Of a DNA stretch of 64,000 bases, positions 49,921-64,000 are shown piece after piece. The DNA lies in contig JAHRHZ010000018.1 of the NCBI GenBank assembly GCA_024137785.1, positions 38,550,112 through 38,614,111 on the forward strand, given 5' to 3'. The notes under the pieces are model-generated. The model worked only from the letters and a program-made list of their open reading frames with translations. It ran no database searches and had not been told where the DNA came from. Position 1 is the stretch's first letter. The number at the start of each line of letters is the position of its first letter. A program made the position numbers and the translations under genes. This stretch comes from Ginglymostoma cirratum (taxonomy: Eukaryota).

Positions 49921-52469
49921 TTTCTGAAGCATGTTAGAGAATATTCCATTGAAAGACTAAATATACTACATTCATAGTTCCTCTTTACAACCTCAAAAAA
50001 AAAGCTAACATTCGTTAAACACAATTTCCCTTTTACAAATCCATGTTGACTCTGTCCAATCATGATAGGATTTTCTCCCAGCTCTGGATGTGAACGCAGA
50101 ATAGTTTCCAGTGACTAAAAATTCACTGCTGATGAGAAAACAGACTGCAGATCAGCAGCTTCCTTCCAGCTTTGAAGCCCAACACACAAAGTCTCCAGCA
50201 TCCTGCTGGCATTGGACAAAGAATGAAGATTTCTCTTAATTCAAAGGCTACTACATATTCAAATTGGTTGCTACCTCTTCAATCTCTCGCCTTGCCCCCA
50301 AATCCTACCACCAAATAGTAATGCTTTTCAATTTACCTCCTTTCCACTACCTTTTAGAATCCCAAACATAAAACTGCTATTTGCAACAATTTGATTTTCT
50401 AACATATTGCCTCTTTCAGATCTCATGGGTACACTGGATTCTCAACAACCCTGCACCTAAAGGATGAAAAATGGTCTACATCCACATTGGAGCAGTGCTC
50501 TCATTGACACTTGCCAATGTACCTTGCTCCCTCCTTCACTGGAGCCCTCTCAGCCTGCAAAATCTGTCCATCAGAAATCTGCCTTATAAACCGGAGAGAT
50601 GAGGTGGCACCAAATCCTACTGTATTCTTCCCAACTACAGACACAAACATGGCAATTACAAGCCCAATACAGGCTCTGCATTTTTTTCAAATGCACTGTA
50701 AGTGGGAGAATTACGTAAACAAAACCAATTTGATCGAAATTACGTGACGCTATATTAGCTGTATAAATCGGACCAGTCTTTATTTGAAGAGAGGAAAGGA
50801 GCCATTTATTCTTTTCGCTAGAACTGTAAGCTAAAGAATGGAGACCTCCTTGTGAGGAGAGGACATTTTCCCAACACAGATATCAGAAAGGGAACAATAT
50901 GGCAATCAGGGTTTCACCTTTGATCATTATTGAATGGTTTGAATCTCAATTGCTGTGTGAAATCATCCCAGAACACCAGCTTTTCAATGTGTGGGAAGCC
51001 ACAATTGCTGTTGCTTGTGGTGGAATCACTAATACTGCAATTTTTCATTGTTTTTAAAAAGGATATTTTCATTAATCTAAGTGAGATGATTCTCCTGTTA
51101 TTTGCCACCGTAAGTGCTGGTAGAGTGGTCTACTTACTTTCTACCCAATCTCTTTTTCCAGGCCGTTCACCTATTGTGACATGTCACTGCATCTGATCTA
51201 AAAGTAAACTAGATAACTGGGGGGCGAACTTCTGGTAAACCATATTAAAATCAATGGAATCCCATCTTCTAGATGGTGTATTACTTCCTTTTCTAATTGT
51301 GGAACAACATAGCTGAATGTTGCCTGTTCAAAGAAATAAATCCACAAAACAAATGGATTGAGAAATAAAGCACATTCAGCAGCTAAACAGCACCTTGCCA
51401 TAAGATGCTAGCTATGAGGACAGATGCCTCTGAATTAAGCGGCACATCCAAGTTTTCTCATCTTTTACAATAACACACATCTGGTGATTTTTGCTGCGTG
51501 AATATGGGTCATTGTCAAATTATTAATAGTACAGACTGCAGGACTAAAGGGTACAAGGTCACATTAAACACAGGGAACGTGCTGTCATCTGAATAGTAGT
51601 CATTTAATGGGGGAGGTGCAGATAACACATTTAGAAACTTCATACAAGATAGTATTAGATTCTTTAGGTACAGCAAACATGGCCTTACATATATTCAGCT
51701 TTCATGCTCTGCCTTATTTTCACTCTCCAGATATTTGTATCGCAGTATATAAAATCTCTGAAAAGAATTTCACGACATAAATCTGCTAGATGTTTATGAA
51801 CACCATTCCTTAGAACTGCTATGGATCGGGATTTCAGCACATGCTAGGATTTTTAAAAAATAAACCTGAATTAATACTGCAGTGATGTTTCAACGTTCCC
51901 ATTCGGACAAGTAATGGGCCTTCTGCACTTAAGTATTTAACCCTAAATCAATCTGTAACTTTTTTAGTTCAGTCAATCATTTACTTGAAGGCTTTTGTGC
52001 CCACTGCTCTTTTCAGAGGACACCATTTGTATGCATTGCTGCTAAGGATTTCATCAGCAGTGCATGACATCTCCTGCAGGTCATTTGCTTATATTACAGT
52101 TCTTTCCATAGAAGAATGCTGATTCTGATTCATGTTAACACACTGTCACGTTTAGCAGCAAGACCCAATTTAGCTGTCCTCACCAATTATCAGAAAATAT
52201 TCCTCAAAATCAGTTTCAATCCACCTCCAAGTGCACATGAAAATGATGCAACTCCCAAAAATCAATACTGCTAACAAATTTCAGACCATTTAGTTTAAAT
52301 GAAGTTGTAGCTGATACCACTGTCACATTCGACTGTTAAATGGAATGAAAAAAAGTAGAACATGCAAATTGAACAAAATACGAAATAAATCTCAATAACA
52401 GGCCGATTAGCCACGCAAGTTAATACAAACCAAATTAACTAGTCAAATGTCACTATTCCAGAATTATGA

Positions 52470-53110
52470 TATAATGGCTGGCCAATGGCAACATCCTGGC
52501 GATCAGCACCGATCAAAAACTGACCTGGACGAGCCGCATAAACGCAGTGGCTACAAGAGCAGGTCACAGGCTAGGAATCCCGCAGCAGGTAATTCAAAAT
52601 CTGACTCCCCCATACCTGTCCACCACCTACAAGGCTCAAGTAAAGAATATGATGGAATACTTCACATTTGCCTGGATGGATGGATGGATGGATGGAGTGC
52701 CAACAAAATTCAAGAAACTCGACACCATCCAAGACAAACGGGTGCATTAGATTGGCACCGCATGTGCCACTGATGCTGAGTGGCAGCAACTGTGGCCCTC
52801 CGAAAGCACCTTCAAAAACCTGTGATCCCTACCATCTAGAGGGACAACAGCAATAGGTACACGGGAAAAGCACCACCTGCAGGTTCCCCTCCAAGCCACT
52901 CACTATCCCAACGGGGAAATATATTGCCATTCCCTCAGCGTCACTGGGTTAAACTTTACTGGAATTCCACCCCCCCACCCAAACAGCAAACTGTACATCC
53001 TTATGCACTGGAGGACTAAGGTGGTTCATGAAGGCAGCTCAACATCCCCTTCCTCAAGGCAATTAGGAATCGCTAACCATCAACACCAGCATCCCATGAA
53101 CGAACACAAA
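52470..53110 (+). mobile_element. CR1-clade LINE 3' fragment with internal (GGAT)n expansion
   Basis: LSTTYKAQVKNMMEYFTFAWM; GGAT repeats at about 52673-52695. Confidence 0.7.
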
Positions 53111-53544
53111 AACAAAAACTGCTTCTGATCATATGACTTTTATTCGGCCCTCCAACACCTGGAACAAAGGAAATTCTTGTTACCTTACAGCATAAAAGTA
53201 GTGAAGTGAGGATAGTATTCTAAAGAATCAGAATTAACTGATAATCAATTAGAACAGAATGAATGGAAATAAAAATCAACAAAGTAACGTAACTGATTAC
53301 ACATCCAGAAACTAAAATGTTGCAACAAATACCAAAACATCAGAGACAGAATTTTCCCATGGGCTCCGAGACACTGACACATGGGGGAGCAGACACAGTG
53401 GTGAATTTCCCCGAACAGATTCATTTGTGGTCTGTAGGCAGCTCACAGTGCAGGTGAGGATGACAAGAGAGCTCTCAAAGCTGGGAGTGACAAGATGTCT
53501 CATGATACTCACTCCAACTTTGTAAACCGTTGAATAAGGCGGCG

Positions 53545-53890
53545 TCCCAGTGACTCAGTGGTCAGCTCTGCTGTCTCACAGCGCCAGAGACCCAGGTTCG
53601 ATTCCACCCCTCGGGCAGCTGTTTGTGTGGAGTTTGCACATTCTCCCAGTGTCTGCACAGGTTTTCTCCGCGTGCTCCGGTTTCCTCCCACAGTCCGAAG
53701 AGTGCAGGTTAGGTGGATTGGCCATGCTAAATTGCTCACAGTGTCCAGGGCTGTGTAAGTTAGGTGGATTAGCCATGGGAAATACAAGGTTACAGGGAAA
53801 GGGTAGAGGGATGGGTGGGATGCTCTTAGGAGGATTAGTGTGCACTTGTTGGGCTAAATGTTTTGTTTCCACACTGTAGGGATTCTATGA
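53545..53890 (+). mobile_element. HE1/V-SINE, near full length
   Basis: gtgactcagtggtcagc...ggttcgattcc; V-domain gtgtggagtttgcacattctcccagtgtctgc...gtgctccggtttcctcccacagtcc; tail gggattctatga. Confidence 0.8.
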
Positions 53891-56800
53891 AGAACAGAAT
53901 CTGCAGCCAGGCCCTCATTGTGGATGGAAAGGCTACAGCTTGTGACTGTTCCTGGAACTGCTGCCTCAAAAACAATGAGCTGTCTCTCAACAATATGCCT
54001 TAGGTAGCACAGTGAGCCACCTATGACTTGGAGGTAGTAGCATACTTTTATTTGGCTCAATGTGGAGAAGCAATAAAACAAAAGGGCACAATTCTAAAAG
54101 GGGGTTCCGCAGCAGAAAGAGAATCCTGGGGTTTGTGTGCACAAATCATTCACAGGGTAGCTACAGAATGAGGTTAAAATGACATCTGGAAGGGGAGCAA
54201 AGTTGGGGGGCAGGAGGGAGGCACAGACAGCAAGCAGGAGGATGGACATGGTGAGATAGGTGCTGGGTGGGATTGAGAATGGGGGAGCAGGCAGGGAGAG
54301 GTGGCAGTGCGGGGTGGGGCAGGGCAAGCGAGACAGCAGGCAAAGAGGAGAAAAATGGCAATCAAGGGAAGGGGGGCAGTGGGGGGGGGGGGGGGGCGGG
54401 AAGAGGGGCAGCAGGCGGTGGAATAGAAACAGCAAGTTAGGGAGATGGTGAGCTGACGGCCAGAATAAGTGAGACAGAAGTCAGTAATTGATTTAAGAGT
54501 TTGTAAGGAGGTGGTTTAGGCCGGACAATATCTGAGCGAATGATTCTGCGCAGCTGCTTTTACATAATTAAAAGGAAGGTCTGTCCCAAAGACATTCAAC
54601 ACATTAAAAACACAAGTGTGTTTTTAGGGTTTGGGAAGAGTTTTGGTTTCCTAGCCCAGACCTCCAAATCACAGAGTTGAGTTTCTCCAGCAATCTCCAC
54701 TTTCAGGTTTCCAGCAAATGGAGTCTTTGGCTTTTATTCCTCCAAATAATAATGCAAGTTTATCTCATGGCACATTTTAACCCATGCATGCTTTTAAACA
54801 CTATCTCTCCCTTTCACTTCTGTACGCATCGAGATGGTTTACTTCTAAAATAGTTAATCCGTTTATTACTGATCATACCTCTGCTGTACTGGATTGCTAG
54901 TTATTTGCCATTCCTGCCACCATTCTCATCACCTCCACAGGAGGGCAAGGCCTGCTCTGTCTCTCTCTCTCTGGCTTTCACCCACGAACCGCCAACCTCT
55001 TTCCAACCTTAGACGTATTTTACTTCTGCTTGATTAATGTTTGTTGATGTGAAGACATGTTTGGGCTATTTTCCTTACTATTTATGGCCGTTTTAAGCAG
55101 TTTCAAGAGTCTCAAGGTTCATGAAGGGTATACAATAGGGTAGAGTTGAGATGACCACCAGATTAGCCGTGATGTTATTGACTGGCAAAGCAGGCTCAAC
55201 AGGCCAAATGGCTTCTTCTTGCTCTGCAGTCTTATGTTTCAATGGTCTTAAGTGAAGACAACACGCGATAAGCTGAAAAAAATAAATAAGTTGTCTATTC
55301 TTCATTTTCTATTTAATTCAAAAGCACACCTCCTTAAGTCTATTTAGTTGAAGCAGAAGATCCTTGTCTTGAACCACAACTGACAAGTCAACCCTTCTGT
55401 CAAATGCAAATTTGACAAAAATAGAAGTCATACTAAAATAATTAATAGATGTCTAGTTCATGTACAGTAGGGGAGCAGTACTGGTACTCAGTGTAAAACT
55501 TCGAGGTTCAGAATTCAAATGCCACCATGGTAAATATAGAAATGAATTCGGTAAATCAGATCATTTGCAGACCTACATGTTATTGCATCAATGGCAATGG
55601 GTGACAGTCTTTCATTCTCCTCCATACTTATAGCAGGCACACTCTTACAAATATGTCTGATTCATTCTGCACATGGGTAGAAAGAATGAGGGAATATTGC
55701 TATGAATATTAAACTGTTCCTTTTTTGAAACTGGGTATTACCTTGGTCTATGGGACGAGTGCTGGAAAATGGGATTAGAACAGTTAGGTGACTGTTTTTG
55801 ACTGGTGCCTACCCAATGGGCAGAAGGGCCTTTTTTCTGTGTTGTAGTCTTCTATGACTCTATGGTCATTCTCCTGTGATCCAGCATACACCACACTAAG
55901 TACATAACTTCTAAGTTTTCTATTTGTTCTCCATTTGCTGCAGTATCTTTGAGAGTTATCAGATTCTGGCATTCTTCCCTCTCAACACAACAACTTCTCT
56001 ATTTTCTTTTGATTACAATCTCTCACATTCAAACAACTTAAAATTTACCTCCTCCTCAATGTCGCCCATTGTAATCCCTGCTACAAAGTACTTGTTAAGT
56101 GTTCACATCAATTTTGTTTTCCTCTCCTCTTAAGCATTAACTCTCATTTCATATTTGTTTTTACAAGGTTACTTGTATGGTCTGAGGCTCTCTCTTCCTT
56201 AACCCATTTCTTGTGTTCTCTTATTATCTCCAAGGTTCCACACGTCTGAAATATTAAACAAACTAAAATAAAGATATCCTGAAATCTGTGAATTAGATTC
56301 CATCTTACTAACTCACGCCTCAATTACAAATTGAAAACAATTGAGGCATTGAAGCCATTTTGCTTTTGGATGACAGCGAATATAGAGACTGAGATGATAC
56401 TAAAATCAGCCACACACTATATCTCAAGTCAACAGAAAATGAGAAATGAAGAATAACGGTTGACTTATTCAACATGACCCATTTTACACAATGGCTCAAA
56501 GTCAAAATTACTTCATTTGTTAGACTCAAAATGTTTAAGTGACTGAGAGCAAAATATTGTGACCAATTGACTGATCATTGAGCCCAAAATGAAGTGTCAT
56601 ATCCAAACTAAACATGAAATCACAATCACTAACCTCTCAGGTAATCCTCCCCATGATCCCTGCTGGGAAAGATTCCGTCACACTCCCCTCTTGGACCTCG
56701 GCCCCACAAAGCAAACTGCTCCCCAATCATTCAATGTGCAACTTCTTGACTAAATGTTCCCAATAAATAATCTCATTTCTTATTCATATCCATACACTCG

Positions 56801-56924
56801 CTTCCAACCCATTCCTGTTAACCTGTGAGCCACAGATTTGGAGGTTATCTTGACCCACTTAGTTTCCCACGCAGAGCAATTCCCAAAATCATCCCCTCCT
56901 CACCCAAACCCAACAGATTTTTTT

Positions 56925-57625
56925 TATTTAATCAGTCCTGGGACATGAGTGCCATTGGCTGGTCAGCATTTATTGCCTGTCCCCCGTTGCCCTTAATGAG
57001 GTGGTGGTTAGCTGCTTCTCGAACCGCTGCAGTCCACATGGCGTAGGTTGAGCCAAAATGACTTGTGGAGGGAACGCCAGGATTTTGACCCAGTGACAGT
57101 GAGGGAACAGTGATATATTTCCAAGTCAGGATGGTGAGTGGCTTGAAGGGAACTTGCCGGTGGTGGTGTTTCCATGTATCTGCTGCCCTTGTCCTTCTAG
57201 ATGGAAGTGGTCATGGGTTTGGAAGGTGCTGTCTAAGGATGTTTGATGAATTTCTGCAGTGTATCTTGTAAATAGTACACATTGCTGCTACTGGGTGTCG
57301 GTAGAGGAAGGGGTGGATGTTTGTGGATGTGGTGCCAATCAAAGTGGGCTTTTTCCTGGATTGTGTCAAACTTCTTGAGTGTTGTTGGAGCTGCACCCAT
57401 CCAGGCAAGTGGGAGAATTCCATCACACTCCTGACTCATGCCTTGTAGATGATGGACAGGTTTTGGAGAGTCAGGAGGTGACTTACTCGTCGCAGTAGTC
57501 CTAGCCTCCAACCTGCTCTTGTAGCCCCTGTGTTTACACGGCAGGTCCAGTTGAGCTTCTGGTCAATGGTAACCTCCAGGATGTTGATAGTGAGGGTTTC
57601 AGTGATCATAACACCATTGAATGTC
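56925..57625 (-). mobile_element. CR1-clade LINE 3' fragment
   Basis: Reverse complement of the 16.3-17.0 kb family; the tail cagcatttattgcc is at about 56964. Confidence 0.75.
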
Positions 57626-58066
57626 AGGATTGGCCCTCTGCTTTTATGATGAAACTTGCATTGTTTGGAAGAATTGATCAAGCATCTTATCAGTAACAGG
57701 GATGCCCATTAGCACCTCAAAGTGATTAATGGAAAACAATTGTTCTGATCTTTTTTCCTCGACTTGACTGCAACTTAATTTTAAGTACAAAACAGTTTTT
57801 ATTCCTCCAATTGCAACATCCCCTTCAGAGAATCCGAGTGTACCCAAAGTTTTCTTCAAAATTATAAAATCACATTTCAATATAAATTTACATAAGAAGC
57901 AAATGGTTTCAGGAAAATAATACATTCTAACCATGTCACAGCTTTTAATTGCAAAGAAATGTTTTGCATACCAATGAACTACACACATAAAGAAAGGTAT
58001 GTGGGCTGCATAATAGACAGTAGAGAAGGCTTACAGAGTACTTTATATGTAACTAAGTGTTCTAAC

Positions 58067-58156
58067 CTGGGGCGCAGTACATTTTCTCTATGGCACTACT
58101 GTCACAGGAATCGTCAACCTCACTCCATCTGCTAAAATACGTCAGTTGAATGTGTC
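58067..58156 (-). CDS. RPS6KC1: RPS6KC1 coding exon (G)HIQLTYFSRWSEVDDSCDSSAIEKMYCAP
   Basis: Hand-translated, 90 bp, AG/GT boundaries, in frame with the large exon; matches the RPS6KC1 GHIQLTYFSRWSEV...MYCAPE motif. Confidence 0.95.
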
Positions 58157-58442
58157 CTAAAAACAAAATGACATGAGAAATCAAAACAATTTTTTCCTAC
58201 ATTTTCTGTAGAAGTGAACTGTAATTATTCTTTTGTAGCTAAAAAACAGTATCATTAAGAATAATGGCATCATTAAGCACTAGAGGCTATTACTGTGGGT
58301 GAATTCACTGCACTGGAAATGCAGCTTTAGACAGGAAATGAAGATATTAATTATAGGATAAAACGCCTACACACTTAATTGGAAGCAAGTAAGCAACAGC
58401 AAAAGATATCAGGAAAAAAATGCATTTGCTAAAGTTCCTGAC

Positions 58443-60185
58443 CTTTGTCATTCAGCAAGATGTTGTTTGGGTTCAAATCATGGCATATGATTCCTTCTCG
58501 ATGAAGTGCATCAAGGGCTACTGCTATCTCTGCTGCCCAATGTTGAATGGAGCTTTCTGGAATATGAGTATTGGAAGCTTGCACAAAACTTTCTTCCAGC
58601 TCTTTAAACAAATGTGATACTAACTTATCTCCATCCATTTTTGTGGCAGTGTAGCTTTCTCTCACTGCCTTTCCACTTGTATCTTCAGCATGTGGAGCAC
58701 TATCTTGGTCGCTGCCTCTGTATATTTGCTCTTCTTGTAAAATGTCTTTTTCACTTGGATGTTTTTCTTGCATAGTTAGGGAAACCTCCTTGTCACCAGA
58801 ATAAATTGAACTCTCTTCACCCGAATCTATAACGCAAGGGCTGACATAGCCATGTAGTTGAGGAATACGGCTCATATTCCGACGAATGTTTGCCAAGTCT
58901 GAGGTATCACCAGATGCAACAGTCATACACGATGGCACCTTTTCAGCATGGGTAATGGCAAACAAGAAATTAAGTTCTTTTTCCTCAACATGCAGGCTGG
59001 CATTGATTTGCTTGCATGGGACTTCTTCCTTTCTATTCTGAGGAGGTTGTAATTGCTGCATTGAGGTATTATCTACATTTGCATCGTGAGAGCCAGCTTC
59101 CTTTGGTAAAATTTGTCCCTGTGTTCCTTGTGAATTCACACAATTATCGATATTGTAATTAATTTGTAAAACGTCAGGTTTTTCATAGAGTCTGTTCTCT
59201 GTATTATCAATGTTGGTCACACTGCATTTATCAGATGGAAGAAACGCAACTTCCTCACCATCCTCGAAAGAACCTGGTAAGTTCACTAATAGATCAGGCC
59301 TTCCCTCCTCACAGCTGCTGGTCTCTCCACCTGCTGCATCGTGAAAGGAGATAATTGGTACGGAATCACTTGAGGATCCTCGGCTGCAAGTATCTGGGGC
59401 CGAAAGGCTAACTGACTCCAGGTGAGATTCATTTGTATCAAAACTGCTCTTGTTATCAACAACTTCAGGCACCAGATGGAAAATCGGCACAGATTCTGTT
59501 TTTATATTTTGGAAATTTTCTGCTAGGTCAAGGCTTAGAAGTTCATTTGCACTATCCTTGCTATCGATTCTGAAAAATTCCATTGGGCTATTTTTGGACA
59601 GATTTAGAGATTCAGAGGTTTTCGTTGGGCTAAAATCCTCAGTGTTGACGCCCTCGGTGAAGAACCTAAGCTCTTGGCTTGTAGTAGGAGAACAAAGGCT
59701 ATCATCACTAAGAAGGGAATGTGACCTTGGGGTCATATCTATGTTCATGGAACTTCCAGGTACATTTTCACTAACTGTTGAAAAGGTTTCAGAAGTTAGA
59801 CTGTTAGGTTCTTCTTTCTCCTGTTCATACTCATGACATAAAGTAAGGTAGCTACTGGTACACTCTTCAACTACTTCAGAGTCTGATGATGGTGATCCCA
59901 ATAGATCAGGAGAATTGTCTTTTGCATCTTCATCAGGGGCACTGCTATCATCCTGTGAACTTGAAGTCAGGTTACTCTTCCAAGGGAGGCTCTGCAGCTT
60001 ACTTCCAAAGTCACTCTCCAATGAGCCCACACTGCTGCTCATGCCTTCAGTGCTTGACTGGTCTCCAGTAAAACCACTATGTACAGTGACTGATTTGGGG
60101 CCATGTTTGTCCATGTTATGAGATTCAAAACTTTCCTCGGATTTTTTCTGGAGGAATTTACTTAGATACGACCACAGCTTACCCC
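58443..60185 (-). CDS. RPS6KC1: RPS6KC1 (RPK118) large internal coding exon: kinase-domain insert plus start of the C-terminal pseudokinase lobe
   Basis: Translation GGKLWSYLSKFL...SSQDDS...EECTSSYLTLC...SKNSPMEFFRIDSKDSA...EGRPDLLVNLPG...WAAEIAVALDALHREGIICHDLNPNNILLNDK matches recalled vertebrate RPS6KC1. AG acceptor at 60186-60187 and GT donor at 58441-58442 (minus strand); 1743 bp, phase 1 at both ends. Confidence 0.95.
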
Positions 60186-63100
60186 CTAAGTTCAAACACA
60201 TAAAAAAACCCAGTAAAAATGTTTGAAGAAATACTCCAGACAATTTATTTTACAGGTTTCTTTTTGCTTCGCTAAGCTTCAATGAGTGAGCTACTTACTT
60301 ACTCATATCACTGAACAAAATATTAAATTAATTTCACATTAATGATCTTAAACACATCGTGAAGAAATGTAGGCTGTAAATGGTTGTAATGTTTACCATA
60401 GGAGGGAAGGCCAATTCATAGGCCTTCTGGGTCAAATCACTTATGAAAAGCAAGCTGGGAAATCCTACGGCTGCACACGCAATTGTATATTTTACAGGGC
60501 CAAGGTGGTAAGCTCTTCTATTGCTCCACCTTTATCAACTTTCTCAACAAATGGATAACATGACAAGTAACATTTAACATCTACATTTGGAGAAAGTTAA
60601 TTCTGTTAAGATACAATCTGAATACTTCAATAAATACCATTGAAATGCTTTCGTAACAATGCATACAAATCTTTGAATGGATACATCACAGACATGAGGC
60701 CATTTGGCCTCTCAGTTTTGGTGCTGGCCCCCTTAAGAAGCAAGTCACTGAGTGACACAATCCTCACCCACATCCCCTTTCCACAGTAGCCCAGCAAATT
60801 TAATTCTTTGAGAGAGATTCTGTGTCTTGTGTCCATTACAATCTGTTGGAGATTCTCAGTAACATTTCAAAGAATTGTGATGCACCTTTATGCAAATCAA
60901 TATCATTTATATATGAAATACAAGTGCAAGCAATATGCTTACTTTAATCCTGTTAATGTATCTAAAATATTTTGTTCTACAAAGCCTATTATTATCTGCT
61001 TCACTAAGGTACTAAAATCATACTGAACATCTGCACAAATAATGGAAGCCCACATGAACATCTAGGGCTATTATCATGTTCAATTGATTGTGTTTACTGT
61101 GCCAGATTGGAATGCAGGTACAAACTGGCAGCCTTTACTTAATACTCCTCTAAGTGTTTGAATTGTAATGATTTAATTACTACTTTAAACCCAAGTGCAC
61201 ATCACAGCTTCCAGCATATCAAACAGTGCCTTTGTAACAAGGTTTTGCGGAAACTAAAAGATGCTATTCCAAATGTCCAGGTCCTCATGAGCAGAGTGCT
61301 TATGATGTTTCGTAGTTTTATCACAGGAAACATTGGTTTCCATTTTTTTTTAAAACTTTCATTCATTCCTTCAAAGCCTGTCTCTACATTCCTCCTGAAG
61401 AGCAGCAAGTATGAGACAAGAGAAACATTTTACTGGAAATCATTCCAGATAATAACTAAAGACAATAGACTGGATTTTGCTGGAAAAATAACAGCTTATT
61501 AATACGCAAATCAACTCATGGGTTCAGGGGATTAAGGGGTACAGCTAATTAATTACATCATACCATCGTTTGCTCGACCCAAACAGCATCTTGCACTTGA
61601 TATCCCTATTTTTTTTGAAAACTTTCCACATTTGCAAATTAATTACCAATAGAATTTTCTACAGAAAGTGAAATCTAACCATTAAGAGTAAGCATCTGTT
61701 CAACAATGTGATAGTTATTAATGTAAGACCAATCAACCTCTGGCTCAAAATCTGAACAATTTAAACATTCACGTATCAGTTCTTCAGGCAGCAAATTGTT
61801 CATTATTTTAGAATGGCTTTTTCTTATATTTCCTTACTTTCTCCTTACCCTAATTAAATCTGTTTCCCACCTCTATTTCTCTTCCTGTACCCAAATTGAT
61901 TCTAATTTGTTGCCCTTTCCAATGTTTCCTTTTCAGTCTTTCAATCAAAATTGGATTGGATTAGATCCATTGTTGGTTCTACCATTCAATGAGGTCCTAG
62001 CTGACTCTGTTACCTTTGTCACTCCATTATAAACTCGCATTTGCAACAAGTTACTTTGCAAAACAATTTTAAACTGCAAGATTCTGTCAAAAACTATGAA
62101 CAGGGCCACCGTTGTTGGCCTACTCCAGCAAATTGCAGGCCAAATGCTCTGCAGTACAAGCTAACACTAACATTAGTCTTCCTCCACTATGGAAAGGATT
62201 GTTACCAGGAGTTGCAGTGTCTAACACAATTGAACACACAGATAAAAAAGAAACATTCAGCTCTAGAGTAACTTAGTAGCCAAACGTTAAATGAGAATAA
62301 AATTTAAATCTGCATTTCGTAAACAGTGTTTCATTAATCTGCCAACAGAGTTAGCAAATTGTTGAACTCAGAAACAATTTTACTGACTAGTGGCCAAATC
62401 ATAAGGAATGGTACTGCAGAATATAGTTAAGTAACATGTAAACACTTCTGTCAAGTGGATATTGATCAATATACTTCTGTATTTGGGGACATCTGCACAA
62501 TCTAAAAACTGGCTTATTAACTGTAAAGCAACAGAGTCTCTTCTTTACCTTTTGTGTTGGATGTAACAGAATTTCAGGAAAAATTCTTTTGGAGTTACTT
62601 AAAGTTTACCAAAAGGTGATAAAATCATGCTACATATTTAAAAAAAGATTAGAAAAGACCTTTCTGGGTCATCTGCAAAACTGCTCCAAGGGACAGAGTT
62701 TAGATCAACCAATTTCTATTTAGCATTTTAGTCGTACAGAGTGTATTCATCATTTATAATGACAAAAGATTTAATGAGCCTTCTGTGTTAAAAGTTCATT
62801 AGAACAATTAATATATGTGCATCTATGCATTTGGAGATGGTATGCTTATGTTAACACAATAACATTTAAGCAGATTATGTGAACTTGCCAAACAAATTCA
62901 GGACACTGGAAAATCCCCCAAGGTGGCTCATTAATCTTCAGGACTTCCTCAACTCCCTCAGCTGTTCCCTCTTCCTACATCTTCAGCCTTTCAAAATTGA
63001 AGCATGACTTCACCTAATCACAATTAACTGGTCACTCTGTCTTTTCTTGGACTATGCAAAATTGGGCTTTCTACTACATAACATAGGTAAGATGGCAATA

Positions 63101-64000
63101 AATAGATTGCATCTTGCTGTTGTAGACATGTAGTGCGGCACCTCCAATTTGAAAGATAAATCTTTTTTCATGAGTTTGCATTCTTCTTGCCAAAAAAAGG
63201 CATAACCGCAAGAATTAGGCAACTTGAAACTCAGTCGTGCACTTAAGGCGGCTATTCTTGGTATCCAAACTTCACTGCTAGAACTGCATGCATGGACACA
63301 GGCAAAGGTAGGGATAACAGTCTTTGCCCTTGCCTCCAACACCCTCCACCCCATCCCCCATGACCTCTCTCTCACTCTCATTTGACCTCAGATCCCTGGC
63401 TGGTTCTGGGGCGCTAGCACGTGCCTTGTCACCATCTGCCACTGCTCCTGGAGATAATGCCCATACTGAAGAGCTGCAGCTTCTGACTGGCCAGCAGTTC
63501 CGGGAGTTCGGTTCCAGGGTCCTTAAACCCAGGGAAGGCCTTCACGGGGACATTTAAGTGGGTAGACCTATCTCAAAAGAGGTGGCATGAGGCTCCAGCC
63601 AGCAGGCCAGACCCCATCACATGGATTAAATTCTATCCAATGCCTCTGGGAGGCAACAGAATACAAAAGACTGATAAAAATAAACAGAATTTTAACCCCA
63701 AAATTTTAAAGGCTTTCCTGTTCTGAAAACAGCCTAGATGTACTATACAGTTATAATTACAATGTACATGCATTTTGATTCCCCCTTAAAACAGGATTGG
63801 GAAGGAATTGGAGTAATAGAAAAAGTCAGATCTTATAAGTACCCTATTGAATATGTGTGAGGTGACAAATGACTTGTATTTAGGTTGTGAAGGCTAAAAT
63901 AAAAGTTACTATCACAAAAATAATTTTCATAGTTTGAAGGCAAACTATCCCTATCAATTTATGCTGGTTGTGAGTGATATTAATCTACAAGATTCCCAGT

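Noticed and set aside
58429-60243. 604-aa ORF as a stand-alone single-exon gene
   Set aside because: It is an internal RPS6KC1 exon. The first ~19 codons and last few codons are intronic read-through beyond the AG and GT splice sites.
60186-64000. Next upstream RPS6KC1 exon
   Set aside because: No segment encoding the expected VPNMV...LQHAE-like peptide with splice sites was found; it is presumably beyond the window.
1-64000. Prokaryote-type systems (CRISPR arrays, operons) and the many 60-110 aa ORFs
   Set aside because: This is spliced vertebrate DNA with no regularly spaced repeat-spacer array; the short ORFs are chance frames or TE remnants.

Overview
Eukaryotic, AT-rich, repeat-dense vertebrate DNA, most likely from a shark or ray (HE1/V-SINE-type and CR1-type repeats). 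The only protein-coding gene I can support is the 3' half of RPS6KC1 (RPK118 pseudokinase) on the minus strand: five coding exons with canonical GT-AG sites and compatible phases (58443-60185, 58067-58156, 34991-35073, 34798-34893, 31215-31325). The upstream exons lie outside the window, and positions 1-31 kb are downstream intergenic DNA. The rest is decayed retroelements (CR1, L2, Rex1, SINEs) and about ten Penelope-like (PLE) derived insertions. The most notable signal is that these PLE-derived insertions carry minimal hammerhead-ribozyme cores (CUGANGA-A-stem II-GAAAC/UGUH). Several are short, non-coding fold-back units flanked by 9-16 bp target-site duplications. The 13.1-13.4 kb unit is a perfect 98-bp-arm palindrome with a hammerhead core on each strand. 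An intact core also sits in sense orientation in an RPS6KC1 intron. Other features are a perfect 139-bp inverted duplication (3897-4035 / 6281-6419) and a 400-N assembly gap inside one fold-back unit. Repeat family names come from recalled consensus motifs, not database searches, and repeat boundaries are approximate.
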